A DNA stretch of 64,000 bases from IMG/VR virus record IMGVR_UViG_3300039159_000198. The stretch is one strand, 5' to 3'. Position numbers and translations under genes: made by a program. Source of the stretch: a virus. Its lineage: Duplodnaviria > Heunggongvirae > Uroviricota > Caudoviricetes. The notes beneath the pieces were generated by a model, which made no database searches, was not told where the DNA came from, and saw nothing but the letters and a program-made list of their open reading frames with translations. Positions 1-10,261 of this stretch are shown in pieces (positions within the stretch are counted from its first letter, which is position 1; each line of letters starts with the position of its first letter).

Positions 1-206
1 TGGCGTAAAAAATTGATGTTGTTTTAACCCCGTTAAGTTGTTCTACCATATATGAACATATATTCACTTTATAAACTTTAGATAGTGAATCCAAATAAAT
101 ATTTGCCTCTTTATCCGCATCATTGGATTTAGAGGTTTTTTTTATTTTCTTGAGAGAAAGATAAAATGGTCATTAATAGTAATGAGGTAACTAATAATTT
201 TTTCAT
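1..206 (-). CDS. Secreted hypothetical protein, partial, with apparent frameshift in the T8 run at 136-143
   Basis: ATG at 206 gives MKKLLVTSLLLMTILSFSQ, a signal peptide followed by Gln. Removing one base from the homopolymer keeps the frame open to the window edge. Confidence 0.6.
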
Positions 207-232
207 AATTTCTGTGTTTTGATTTGTTTTTA

Positions 233-263
233 CAAATATAAATAGTTTTTACTACACTACAAA
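233..263 (-). promoter_or_regulatory. Bacteroidota-type housekeeping promoter
   Basis: Minus strand TTTG-N19-TATATTTG, matching the -33 TTTG / -7 TAnnTTTG consensus, upstream of the ATG at 206. Confidence 0.7.
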
Positions 264-390
264 ATATTTTTAAATATTTTTATTAATAGATTTAAGTTTA
301 TTAGTCCCCAGCTCTAACAAGCTGTTGAATATTCACGGATATGAAGGTATTGGTAACATAGTCATTAAACTATTGTTAAAATCAAACAAA

Positions 391-1188
391 ATGAATTACA
401 CAACACAAGTGAGTCGGCCATCCGCCCACATCACAAAGAAAAAATCTCGTTTAAAACTTTATAACGGGAATCATGTCTTTTTAAACGACAAAGACAATTT
501 CGAATTCGAAATCCATAATCCAACACAAAAAACCGTACTTTGTAGAATTAAATTGAATGGTGATTACATCTCAACAAGTGGAGTTGTTTTAAAACCGGGT
601 CAGAGGTTATTTTTAGAACGTTTCCTTGACTCTAACAACAAGTTTGAGTTCAGTACCTATGAAGTTAACAACACGTCTGAAAACAGGTCTGCAATCGATT
701 TAAACGGTGACGTTAGAATTGAGTTCTATGAGGAGTCATTACCTATCTATCATGGATTACATTATCCAAATACTTTTGCACATTTACCGTATGTTAATTT
801 AAGTAATACTGATGGAAATTCTTTAAATCAACCAATGTTTACAACAACATCAGGAAATATTGGAGGAACAACAACAAGTACCTTTAACTCTACTAGTACC
901 TCATATTTGAGTAATACTTCATCTGTTAATACTTTCGAAGGTCCAAATAAAAGGTCAAAAAAATCTATTGAAACTGGTAGAGTTGAGAAAGGTGAAAAAT
1001 CGAAACAAACTTTTCAAAATTCGTATGAGACATTTAATTCATTTGCCTCCCGTCAAATAGTTTATAAGATACAACCATTAAGTACCAAGAACAAAACAAC
1101 AGAGGACATTAGACAATATTGTACTGAATGTGGAACCAAGACAAAAACAAACTTTAAGTTTTGTTCGTCTTGTGGAAATAAGTTATAA
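391..1188 (+). CDS. Hypothetical protein with C-terminal zinc ribbon
   Basis: C-terminal CTECG...FCSSCG. The ATG at 391 after an A-rich leader is preferred to the TTG at 325. Confidence 0.7.
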   Translation: MNYTTQVSRPSAHITKKKSRLKLYNGNHVFLNDKDNFEFEIHNPTQKTVLCRIKLNGDYISTSGVVLKPGQRLFLERFLDSNNKFEFSTYEVNNTSENRSAIDLNGDVRIEFYEESLPIYHGLHYPNTFAHLPYVNLSNTDGNSLNQPMFTTTSGNIGGTTTSTFNSTSTSYLSNTSSVNTFEGPNKRSKKSIETGRVEKGEKSKQTFQNSYETFNSFASRQIVYKIQPLSTKNKTTEDIRQYCTECGTKTKTNFKFCSSCGNKL

Positions 1189-1191
1189 ATG

Positions 1192-1219
1192 AAAAAGGGT
1201 CCCGTGAGACCCTTTTTTT
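1192..1219. terminator. Bidirectional intrinsic terminator
   Basis: AAAAAGGGTC-CCGTGA-GACCCTTTTTTT between convergent genes. Confidence 0.8.
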
Positions 1220-1463
1220 ATTCTATTATTTCCGAATTATCATTACCTGTCACTCTTTTATGTAAAATCCTTAACGCTTTTGACACTAGTTCAGTCTCTT
1301 GCATTGTAAGTAAACGAGAGTTATGAACATAATGTAATGATTGGGTTAATAGGTAAAATGATTGTTCAAATGTCATCTCATCAATTAATCTATCAACGTC
1401 TTCTGGTGAATTATAACCCACACTATCAAATAATAACCCTAAAGGTTGTCTTTCTTGTTCCAT
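1218..1463 (-). CDS. Hypothetical protein
   Basis: 81 aa ORF with A-rich leader, ending at the terminator. Confidence 0.7.
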   Translation of the reverse strand: MEQERQPLGLLFDSVGYNSPEDVDRLIDEMTFEQSFYLLTQSLHYVHNSRLLTMQETELVSKALRILHKRVTGNDNSEIIE

Positions 1464-1500
1464 TATTTTTTAATTGTATATTTATTATTAAATGAAGTAT

Positions 1501-1924
1501 ATGAATAATAAAAGGATTAGTGAAGCCACGGGAGCAGGAAGTTCGGACATTTTAAAGTACCAATTGTATTGGCACCTCAAGAATGGGAAGAAAAACAGTT
1601 AGGTCCTTTCATAACTCCGGTGTATAAATACACTAATGCTGAATTAGCTTATGAAGAAGCGGATGGTGATTATAAAGAGACACCCAAAAAACGGGTTAAA
1701 ATAGAAAAAGAAACCAAAAAATTATCTCATCTTGATACCTACCTAAAAAAAAATTCTATGCCGACCAAAACGATGATGAGGGTAGTAGTATTGGGGATAT
1801 ACAAAATCCTGAAGATATTATTAAAAAATCTTCATGGGATACCCCCAAAAAACCTCAAAATGAATCGTTAAGACGATTAATAAGTAAAATAATTAAAGAA
1901 CAGGTAAAAACTAAACTTAAGTAA
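1501..1924 (+). CDS. Hypothetical protein broken by two apparent 1-nt deletions (near 1545 and in the A9 run at 1745-1753)
   Basis: MNNKRISEATGAGSS / HFKVPIVLAPQEW...YLKK / FYADQNDDEG...NESLRRLISKIIKEQVKTKLK* reads as one protein across three frames, with TATTTAT upstream. Confidence 0.6.
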
Positions 1925-2315
1925 GTTTTTCCAATATTGTGGTTAATGAATGTTTGATTTGCCTTTTAATTTCACTTTCAAACGATAACCTTAATAACTC
2001 AACTTTACCGTCAAACAACCTATTTAATTTATCAGAAACGGTTTGAGTCAAATTTACGTCGTAATTATAAACATGATTAGTTATGTTTATCCTACTATCC
2101 GATAATACAATAAACATTCCTAAGGCGTCATTCTTAATATATCTTCTATGAGATAATGGGGCAATTAAAAATGTGGAATCTGAACGAGAAATTAATTTTC
2201 TACAAATCGCAGAAGATTTTACCTCATTTTTATCGATTAACGGCATATCAGTTCTCGTTATTTTTTTGAATCTTAAATAAAGTTTTAATCTTAGTTTTTT
2301 AAAGTATCTCATCAT
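1917..2315 (-). CDS. Hypothetical protein
   Basis: 132 aa ORF behind a host-type promoter. Confidence 0.7.
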   Translation of the reverse strand: MMRYFKKLRLKLYLRFKKITRTDMPLIDKNEVKSSAICRKLISRSDSTFLIAPLSHRRYIKNDALGMFIVLSDSRINITNHVYNYDVNLTQTVSDKLNRLFDGKVELLRLSFESEIKRQIKHSLTTILEKLT

Positions 2316-2337
2316 TTGTTTATGTTTTTTAACGTCA

Positions 2338-2369
2338 CAAAGATAATCATATTTTTTTTAACTACCAAA
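2338..2369 (-). promoter_or_regulatory. Bacteroidota-type housekeeping promoter
   Basis: Minus strand TTTG-N20-TATCTTTG. Confidence 0.7.
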
Positions 2370-2395
2370 TATAAATAAAAAATAATTTTTTATTT

Positions 2396-3304
2396 TTAAT
2401 TTAAAATTTTAGTAATATATTCACACCCCCAACCTTTATAATGGTTGATTTCTCCTTTTCCAACTCTTTGTAAGGCGCTGTCATTAAGGTCATTTTCGTT
2501 ACAAAATTTTCGTAATGATTGAACTGTACATTTATCACCATTTGGTGATGTTAATAAATACATTCGTTTTTCCACGGTCTCTTTTTTACTTCGATTTAAA
2601 ATAATTAAACCTTTTTGAATAACCCTATTTATTTTTTTTCGACTTGACCGTATAGTATTTATACTAATTTTATTATCTTTAGCATATTGATTTAAATTTT
2701 TGACAACAACACAATTTAAATTTTCATCATAAATTGCGAACTCGTCTCTATCATCAATTACCTCAATTTTTTCATATAATTTAATTATTTCCTTATTTAT
2801 TTTTTCTTCAGTCTTATTATCACGATTAAATAAAACCTCTAAAAAATCAACCCAAATATCAACTGGTGTTTCATTTCTCCCAATATTGGCAGCATAACAA
2901 GATAAAACAACGTTTCCTTTAACATAACCTTTTAACCTATCAATTCTATCTAAAGATGGTTTTTGGGGATGCTTTTTAATTGTTGTTGGTAATAAAGGTA
3001 ATTTAAACCAAAAACATTTACCTTCTTGTTTGTCGTATAGTTCTATTATATCATCTATGGTTAAATCATTTCCACACCCCCTACCTCTTGTTGAGGAAAG
3101 GAGTGTGTTAGCCCATAATCGAACTTTTCTTTCATAGTATTTTAATTTCTCCTTCTCTTTATTTTTAGGGTTTGACCGATATAGATTTTTCCTATTTCGA
3201 CCCTCTTCGTTATGATGATATTTACAAATTAACGAATTTTGTGATTCGTAAAATTCTGTGATTGGTCTGTGTTCGTCACACTTTTTACAATATTTAGTCT
3301 CCAT
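2396..3304 (-). CDS. Free-standing His-Me finger (HNH-like) homing endonuclease
   Basis: N-terminal CKKC zinc finger, PSLDRIDRLKGYVKGNVVLSCYAANIGRN nuclease motif, C-terminal NUMOD/HTH-like segments. Confidence 0.7.
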   Translation of the reverse strand: METKYCKKCDEHRPITEFYESQNSLICKYHHNEEGRNRKNLYRSNPKNKEKEKLKYYERKVRLWANTLLSSTRGRGCGNDLTIDDIIELYDKQEGKCFWFKLPLLPTTIKKHPQKPSLDRIDRLKGYVKGNVVLSCYAANIGRNETPVDIWVDFLEVLFNRDNKTEEKINKEIIKLYEKIEVIDDRDEFAIYDENLNCVVVKNLNQYAKDNKISINTIRSSRKKINRVIQKGLIILNRSKKETVEKRMYLLTSPNGDKCTVQSLRKFCNENDLNDSALQRVGKGEINHYKGWGCEYITKILN

Positions 3305-3374
3305 ATATATAAATATATGGTTTTTGGATAAAGTGTTTAAGTTTGTATTTTTTTATGAAAAAAAAAAAGAGTAA

Positions 3375-3824
3375 TTACTCTTTTTTCCATTTACCCCCTT
3401 TAGAGTTATATCGTTTGACTGCCGACCCATTACAATAAGCCGAGGGACAAATATCATATCTCTCTCTAGCCCAAGATAAACATTGGTTCCACAATTTTTT
3501 ATTTGTTGCAACATTCTTTTTCTTCTTACCTTCTGTTATGTCTTCGTAATCAATATATTCTTTTTCTGTTTCGTTCATTAAGAAATCAAAAACTTGGTCC
3601 ATATTATTTTTAGCCTCAGTTATGTGGTCATCGGCCCAATCATGACCTCCTTCATTGATTATTTCATCAATTTGTTGTGGGTCCATCTCTAACAATATTT
3701 CACATTGTCTTTTAATTTGTTTTATATTACTGAAAAACATATAATCAGTAACTTCTTGCTCTTTTAAAACTTTCTTTATGATTCTATTTAAATCAGTTTC
3801 AGTTAATTTAATAATTTTTTCCAT
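3375..3824 (-). CDS. Hypothetical, possibly virion-internal protein
   Basis: N-terminal KIIKLTETDLNRIIKKVLKEQ leader; C-terminal CPSAYCNGSAVKRYNSKGGKWKK motif. Confidence 0.6.
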   Translation of the reverse strand: MEKIIKLTETDLNRIIKKVLKEQEVTDYMFFSNIKQIKRQCEILLEMDPQQIDEIINEGGHDWADDHITEAKNNMDQVFDFLMNETEKEYIDYEDITEGKKKKNVATNKKLWNQCLSWARERYDICPSAYCNGSAVKRYNSKGGKWKKE

Positions 3825-5326
3825 TATTTTTGATTTACTATATTAAAAGTTAATTGTTTCTTATAAGTATCTTTCTCACCCGAAGTGTTCACTCGAATAT
3901 CAACATAATATTGATTAGGAATTTTATCTCTCATATCAAACATAAAATAATACTCTGTAGGGGTTCTGTTTATTGGAGTCCAACCTTGGACATCAACTTC
4001 AGTTGTTCCTTCTTTAACGTACACCCTATAGAACGCAGAAACATCTAATAACATTTGTTGTCCAGTGTAAGCCCTTTTAATTGTTACCCCAACCTTTCTA
4101 ATGTCAGTATTAACAATTTTTTCATCTTGTAATATTCCATAAAAATTAAAACCAAACTTTTCAGGTTCTCTTGACACTGAACCTATTTGTATCCCCGCAC
4201 GATATTCTTGAAGAACAAATTGATTTTGAACTTTTGGAATTCCTTGTCCGTTAATTGTTAAACCCGACCAAACATCATAAAATAAACAAGGAGCCGGACT
4301 ACCACTGAACCCATTAGGTATAACAACCTCATAAATTCCTTTGGTTTTTAAACAAGTTGATAATGACTCCATACCACTAACAGCATCTCCATTTCTGTCT
4401 TCAATTCTAACGAATGGGTCGGAGTCTAAATTAACCAAATCACCATTTTGATAGATATATAAGTATAATTTATTTTCTTGATTTTTTAAAAATTGGTTTC
4501 TATTATCTTGAATTAAATCGTCATAGTTAGTTTGTAGAAACGGTTGATAAAATGTTTGAGTATGTCTTGAAAAGAAGGCAACACTATAACTGTCAGTAAG
4601 TCCTGAGATGTTTTCAATTTGAGGTACATATGATAAACCCCATCCGGTGACTCCGGTAATCGAACCATTTAATACACCATTAATTTCATTCGACATATCC
4701 ATATTTAAATCTTCATTACCCAATTCAAAATGTTGTCTACTAACAATCGTTAGACCTGAATAATTAACAATACCCTGATTAGTGTTATCGTATAATCCGG
4801 GTTGAGACCAATTATTAATTGTTGTTGTTTGAAACCAGTTTGACGGTCTTGATGAGAACGCTCTACTATCAACATACGTTAATGGAGTTGAGGACCCATT
4901 TGATGTGCCTTGACTAATATTAAAATCGTTATAATCATACCCAACACCTTCATCCCATAGTTGAGTCCCACCTGTTGTTCCTGAAATTTCAGGAATTCTA
5001 AATAATATTAAATCAAATGATGTTGCTCGTCTTCGTTCATTTGACATAAAACTATTCAATAGTTCATTATCGAAAGAGGACGTGTTTGTCATTTTTAATG
5101 TGTGAGTCATTCCCGTAGTACAACCTGTTGATATTATCCCCGATTGGATATCTTCCTGTAGTTGCGTTAAATCTAAGTTAAAAATGAATCTTGAGTATCC
5201 AAAGTTTGAGACTATTAAATCGGACGCACCAAAATTTAACTCGATTACAGGGTTCCTTCCTGTATTGACATAAGAGTTTGAAGTAATGGTGTTGTTTTTA
5301 TCTATGTAAGACCTTAATATTGACAT
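3824..5326 (-). CDS. Putative structural (tail/baseplate) protein
   Basis: 500 aa, S/T/G/N-rich beta-type sequence, next to the spike gene, TATTTAT upstream. Confidence 0.55.
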   Translation of the reverse strand: MSILRSYIDKNNTITSNSYVNTGRNPVIELNFGASDLIVSNFGYSRFIFNLDLTQLQEDIQSGIISTGCTTGMTHTLKMTNTSSFDNELLNSFMSNERRRATSFDLILFRIPEISGTTGGTQLWDEGVGYDYNDFNISQGTSNGSSTPLTYVDSRAFSSRPSNWFQTTTINNWSQPGLYDNTNQGIVNYSGLTIVSRQHFELGNEDLNMDMSNEINGVLNGSITGVTGWGLSYVPQIENISGLTDSYSVAFFSRHTQTFYQPFLQTNYDDLIQDNRNQFLKNQENKLYLYIYQNGDLVNLDSDPFVRIEDRNGDAVSGMESLSTCLKTKGIYEVVIPNGFSGSPAPCLFYDVWSGLTINGQGIPKVQNQFVLQEYRAGIQIGSVSREPEKFGFNFYGILQDEKIVNTDIRKVGVTIKRAYTGQQMLLDVSAFYRVYVKEGTTEVDVQGWTPINRTPTEYYFMFDMRDKIPNQYYVDIRVNTSGEKDTYKKQLTFNIVNQK

Positions 5327-5346
5327 TTACCTTTTAATTATAAATA

Positions 5347-6855
5347 TCAATTAAGTCGAATATTCTCATTAAGTATTTTTGTGTAAGCATTTTGCATCTC
5401 AGTTAGGATATTTGCAACCGTTGAACCATCCTGAGTTACCCCCACTGGTGGTAATCCCGGATACGCATGAGTATGACTTACTAAAAATCTAACGATTAGA
5501 GCAATTAAATCTAAAAGCTCTTCCCCTCTAACCATACTTGAGGTATTTGGTTCGATATCATCTGCAAATTTTTGGGTGTCAATACCATATAAAGTATTAT
5601 CAAAATTAATTTTTGATTTACCTGGTATTTGAGACAGATGTGATAGTAGATAAAATTTATCTGACCCAATAGCACCATATGTTGACTCTGTCGTAATATA
5701 TGAGTTTTGAGGAACTATTTTCTTGGTAGGTACTAATGGGGTTGTTAACACCACTTTTCCGTTAGTAACAATAAAACCATAACCTCCCGGGTCAGCAGGA
5801 TTTAATTTAATACCCTTATAAATTGACGTGATATTAACACCTTCAACTGCAGATGGGGGTAAATTAATTATGTTGTACATCGAATTCGCCGGTCTAAAAA
5901 ATATGGGAAAATTAGTGGTTTGAGCATCTAAAGGAAATGGTATAGATGGACTCTTATCATTACATTTTTTTATAAAATTATTAATGAATTTAATAGTATC
6001 TGTTTTTGACAGTAATGAAAAATTTTCAGTAATCACTAGCTGTTTTAAATTTTCATTAATAGGACTACCTACTGTTAAATTTTTTGTATTAACAGATAAA
6101 TCAGGTTTTAGTTGATATAGATATACCGTACCACCAAATTTATCCTGAGTATTTTCCGGATTATTCACCGTCCACTCAATTAAATATTTGGTTAAAATTA
6201 CATTTTCTTTAAATTCAAAATAAGTCCTTGGGGCTAAAGTTTGTTTAATACTATTAAATTTTGTAAGTTGGAAGAATCCTCGTTTAGAATTTGCAACAGG
6301 AACAACGTTAGGTTGTAATTGTTCTCCTTTAAATTTTCCAGCCCTTAATAAAATCTCATCTTGTTTAACAATTAAATCTGCACTACCACGACCTAAAATT
6401 GCGTTATCTCCCGGTTGAGGAAACACACCCTCGTGTATCCCATTATCGGTATACGTACCATTTTGATTCTTTAATGGTTTTGGATTTTCAATTTGAAAAC
6501 CAGTTCCGGTAAATTTATTAGCACCAAAATTAAATTCCTTGAATGTTGACGTTGGACTTGAAAAATTATTTTGAACATAGTACTGATTTTGATACTTAAA
6601 ATCATTATTCAAAAACATAACTTGTATTAGTTCATCAACTTTTGGGACTTGATAAATAAAATAAGGTAATAATGAGTTAAATACTAAAGGGTCTCTTGAA
6701 GTCCATGGGTCCTTTTCAGGATTCCATTTTGGACTATCAACACTTTTAAGTATGTCCTCATAATTATCCGTAACAATTCTAGCCCTTACTCTTCCAAGCA
6801 TTAAGGGGTCTTGATTGTCTAAAACAATACACTGATAAAATAGTGATTTACTCAT
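5347..6855 (-). CDS. Baseplate central spike, gp5/VgrG-like
   Basis: N-terminal OB-fold motif DNQDPLMLGRVRARI and C-terminal HTH metal-binding tip (SHTHAYPG). Confidence 0.7.
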   Translation of the reverse strand: MSKSLFYQCIVLDNQDPLMLGRVRARIVTDNYEDILKSVDSPKWNPEKDPWTSRDPLVFNSLLPYFIYQVPKVDELIQVMFLNNDFKYQNQYYVQNNFSSPTSTFKEFNFGANKFTGTGFQIENPKPLKNQNGTYTDNGIHEGVFPQPGDNAILGRGSADLIVKQDEILLRAGKFKGEQLQPNVVPVANSKRGFFQLTKFNSIKQTLAPRTYFEFKENVILTKYLIEWTVNNPENTQDKFGGTVYLYQLKPDLSVNTKNLTVGSPINENLKQLVITENFSLLSKTDTIKFINNFIKKCNDKSPSIPFPLDAQTTNFPIFFRPANSMYNIINLPPSAVEGVNITSIYKGIKLNPADPGGYGFIVTNGKVVLTTPLVPTKKIVPQNSYITTESTYGAIGSDKFYLLSHLSQIPGKSKINFDNTLYGIDTQKFADDIEPNTSSMVRGEELLDLIALIVRFLVSHTHAYPGLPPVGVTQDGSTVANILTEMQNAYTKILNENIRLN

Positions 6856-7088
6856 TATTTATTTCGTTTTTCATACACTTTTAAAGTGTTGTTGTATAAT
6901 TCTTCAAGTTTATCTAAATAAAGTGTCGAATCAATTATATTTTGTTTAGTACCTTCAAAATCTAAAGTTAACAAATCCATGAACTCAACTAATTTTTGAT
7001 TAGGTAAATCCTTAAGGTTAGATTGTTCTTTAATTATATTCTCAAATTCTTCTTTTCTCATATTATCTCGCTTTTCCATATCCAACAA
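6855..7088 (-). CDS. Small coiled-coil hypothetical protein
   Basis: Coupled ORF in the operon; the real start may be the internal MRKEEF. Confidence 0.6.
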   Translation of the reverse strand: MLDMEKRDNMRKEEFENIIKEQSNLKDLPNQKLVEFMDLLTLDFEGTKQNIIDSTLYLDKLEELYNNTLKVYEKRNK

Positions 7089-9123
7089 TTGGAACTGATG
7101 GGTCTATTGCTATCATTATTGACTCATTATTTGCCCTCTCAACATCTACCCCTTTATTACTCATTAGATTAAACATTAACATTATATTTGGTGTCCCATC
7201 CGGTAATACTCCTGTGGGTACTCCAATCCCCTGTAAAAATTCAATAGTATTAATTGTTGCTCTCTCAGGTGAATATCCCGGTAAAAGTTTAGACAATAAC
7301 AATAAAGGTATTGGTATATTAGCATCTGTCGCTAATCCATTAAGAGTGTCCAATAGTAATAAAATATCACTCATTAATGATTTACATTTACGATAATCGT
7401 TAACTAATTGAGAAATAACTAATGCTAATTGGATTAACCGTAGTATTATTGTATATTTTTTTAATCTTTGGGATTTATTAACATCTTTCAATATTAACGA
7501 CACTAATAGTAAAATATCTTTTTTTAATTCTTGAAAAAGAACTTTTAAAAATTCATTATTAATTAGTGATATAGTCTCAATAGAAAATGTTTTGAATTTT
7601 TTTAGAAAATCAGAACCATCAGCAACAATATTACTAGCCAGTGTTGTATTACTATTTCCTGATTGGATTACTGTATTAGCACTTGTTACCGATTGATTAT
7701 ATGTGTAAGTAGCACCAGATTGGACTACTGATAATAAAGTGTATAACGGTAATAAAACTTTAGGGGATAATACTGCGGAAGCAACCGCCAATGGTATTTT
7801 TTTTATTATGTTTTTATCTATGGCTACTTTAGCATTGAAATTAGGACCAATCATTGGCGACCATTGAGGATTTTGAGAGATAGAGTTAATAATCGTATTA
7901 AGAGTGTTAACTTGTTGTTCCGTTGTTTGATTATCAACAACATCCCTAAAATCAATAAGTTGTGAAATTAATGTTTCGGTATCCACGGGTACTTTTACAT
8001 TATCACAATCTACAAATTCCATTACACCATTTTGTATATTTGAAACATTAACCTCAATATTTCGTAAATCAACCTCAGTTAATTCATAAAAACTATCATC
8101 GACTCCGTCTAGTTCTGCGATTTTTGCAGTACCACTAACATCAATTTCTTGTCTTGAATCAAAACAAAGACCTAAGATTCTTTGAACTATTATTGCAAAT
8201 TTATTTTGATTTGTTATTTCCCCAATTCCCGCATCAACATTTATACTAACAGCTCCCGAAATAATATTAATTAAGTTATTTCCAATATCTGATGTATCGA
8301 CTAACTTAATAGTACTATAGTAATCTGATAAAAATTCCCCAACATTATTTTTTTTACCCTCTCTATTAAGTAATAATACTCTATAATAGTCACCGGTAAC
8401 CCCAAAACTGTTTGTTTTAGTGTATTGAAAATCAAATAAATTTTGACCCGATTTACCTAAATAATTTTTACCATTAATTTGAGAATATGACTTATTAAAA
8501 TTTTGAGTTTCCGTAAGTTGATACATCTGTTTATTCATCGGAAATGATTTAACACCTCCATATGGTTTAAAAATTGCGTTGGCGGATGGGACATCTTTTT
8601 CGTAAAATAATTTACCAAATTGAGTGTCCGGAGAATTTTTTAAATTAGAAAAAAAATCAATTGATTGTATTGGAATATAAATACCTTCAGATTGTGGTAA
8701 GGTTGAAAGAGGACTTATTTGGGCCCCATTAAGACTAAATCCATTGTAAGTTTGTTCTTGTGAACACCCCAGAGCCTTAATTGTTTGAGACTTAACTATT
8801 GCCGAGATTTTAGGTTCAATTTTAACGGCAACCTCAAGTACTTTTTTCTTTAAATATGAGATAGAATCAGAACCATTACCCTTTGTTGTTCCTAAGAAAT
8901 CCAATAACTTATCCGTTGAATTTGGAGGGTCTTTTTGGTATCTTTTCTGTAAATCTTTAATTTTATTAAGTTGAGTTGATAATTGTTCGTTAGATTTAGA
9001 CAAAGAATTTCCAATACCTTTAGATAAAGATTTCTCAGATTGAGATACCTCGGAAAATGTTTGAACCGATTTAAGTCTAGATTGTATTTTTTCTTCCGAA
9101 TTTGAGAGGTCAAGTGATGGCAT
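7063..9123 (-). CDS. Large hypothetical (probably structural) protein
   Basis: 686 aa ORF in the spike operon. Confidence 0.6.
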   Translation of the reverse strand: MPSLDLSNSEEKIQSRLKSVQTFSEVSQSEKSLSKGIGNSLSKSNEQLSTQLNKIKDLQKRYQKDPPNSTDKLLDFLGTTKGNGSDSISYLKKKVLEVAVKIEPKISAIVKSQTIKALGCSQEQTYNGFSLNGAQISPLSTLPQSEGIYIPIQSIDFFSNLKNSPDTQFGKLFYEKDVPSANAIFKPYGGVKSFPMNKQMYQLTETQNFNKSYSQINGKNYLGKSGQNLFDFQYTKTNSFGVTGDYYRVLLLNREGKKNNVGEFLSDYYSTIKLVDTSDIGNNLINIISGAVSINVDAGIGEITNQNKFAIIVQRILGLCFDSRQEIDVSGTAKIAELDGVDDSFYELTEVDLRNIEVNVSNIQNGVMEFVDCDNVKVPVDTETLISQLIDFRDVVDNQTTEQQVNTLNTIINSISQNPQWSPMIGPNFNAKVAIDKNIIKKIPLAVASAVLSPKVLLPLYTLLSVVQSGATYTYNQSVTSANTVIQSGNSNTTLASNIVADGSDFLKKFKTFSIETISLINNEFLKVLFQELKKDILLLVSLILKDVNKSQRLKKYTIILRLIQLALVISQLVNDYRKCKSLMSDILLLLDTLNGLATDANIPIPLLLLSKLLPGYSPERATINTIEFLQGIGVPTGVLPDGTPNIMLMFNLMSNKGVDVERANNESIMIAIDPSVPIVGYGKAR

Positions 9124-9129
9124 AATTTT

Positions 9130-9495
9130 TTATTTCATTTTGTATGTTCCCAAATCATCAGAAACATCTTTTTCGATAAGATTTTGTATTAAATCCTCAT
9201 CTAAATCTGCTAATGAAAATGATTCGGTATTATTATTTGATTTTTCCCAAATACTTGATTGTAATTTTGATAAACTAATTTTCTTTTCAACACAATCATT
9301 GACAATTTTTTGTTGTTTTTCAATTACTGGACCAATTGTAATCATATCAGTTGAGTCTTTTAACATTGCCAACATTTTGTTTTGAATTCTAATCGCGGTT
9401 TGTCGTTGCTCAACAAGTTCATTATAGATTTCTTGCATAAGCGATAATATTGAGTCTTTTGAAAAATTAATTTCTTTTCTTGTTGGTCTTGCCAT
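9130..9495 (-). CDS. Hypothetical protein
   Basis: 121 aa ORF, GTATTTAT just upstream of the ATG. Confidence 0.7.
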   Translation of the reverse strand: MARPTRKEINFSKDSILSLMQEIYNELVEQRQTAIRIQNKMLAMLKDSTDMITIGPVIEKQQKIVNDCVEKKISLSKLQSSIWEKSNNNTESFSLADLDEDLIQNLIEKDVSDDLGTYKMK

Positions 9496-9514
9496 AATAA
9501 TAAATACTTTCCGT

Positions 9515-10261
9515 TTAGTTTTTCATTTTAATTTGAATAACGGTATACAATTTTTTAAATCGTTTAATTGAACTACGAATTTCTTTAGTACTTAAATTTG
9601 TCATTTCCCTTAATGAAAGAAGAATAACATTTTTATTGAATTTATTATTGTCGGCTCCGGAAAATATTTCTTCATAATTATCAAACAAATCGATTAGGGC
9701 GTAACCCAATTTTTTCTCATTATCATTTAACGATTCATTATCTACAAATTCTTTTAATTCCTTTAAATATTGGTTAATGATGACTTGGCTTTCAACAATA
9801 TCATCATCAATTCTATAAACCATATCAGGTCTTTCTTCAATACTTGATGAAATATCTTCGTAGGACACTTTTCGATTAGTCTCTTTTTGGTCTTTTATTA
9901 TTTGACCCATTAAGTAATTTTTACAAATAGTTCCAAAATACGAATAGGCTTTCTTTTCTTTTGACGGCTTGAATTTATCAACCTTCGTCATCAAAAAAGA
10001 ATGGGTATCTGTATGTATGTCTATAAAACTCATATCTTTACGATATAGTTTGTACCGTCTAATAATCGAAGATATCATCTTATCAAGAGGTCCTCTTAAA
10101 AATTCATTATAAATTTTATTTTTTTCCTCAAAGGTTTCAGCTATTAAAAAATTTCTAACGGCCAATTCTTCCCTTACGTCAAAATAATTTAAATTAACTG
10201 GTTTTCTACCTCTTTTTACCGATGAAACGTCTTCTGTCGATGCAGATACTATTTCTTCCAT
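9515..10261 (-). CDS. RNA polymerase sigma factor, T4 gp55-like (late transcription)
   Basis: Region-2-like segment DKFKPSKEKKAYSYFGTICKNYL typical of gp55-like phage sigmas. Confidence 0.65.
   Translation of the reverse strand: MEEIVSASTEDVSSVKRGRKPVNLNYFDVREELAVRNFLIAETFEEKNKIYNEFLRGPLDKMISSIIRRYKLYRKDMSFIDIHTDTHSFLMTKVDKFKPSKEKKAYSYFGTICKNYLMGQIIKDQKETNRKVSYEDISSSIEERPDMVYRIDDDIVESQVIINQYLKELKEFVDNESLNDNEKKLGYALIDLFDNYEEIFSGADNNKFNKNVILLSLREMTNLSTKEIRSSIKRFKKLYTVIQIKMKN

Noticed and set aside
1-1924. Three frameshifts (T8 at 136-143, GG at 1545, A9 at 1745-1753) as phase variation or recoding
   Set aside because: All are single-base changes in short runs clustered at the window start. 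Sequencing error is the simpler explanation, and reads are needed to decide.
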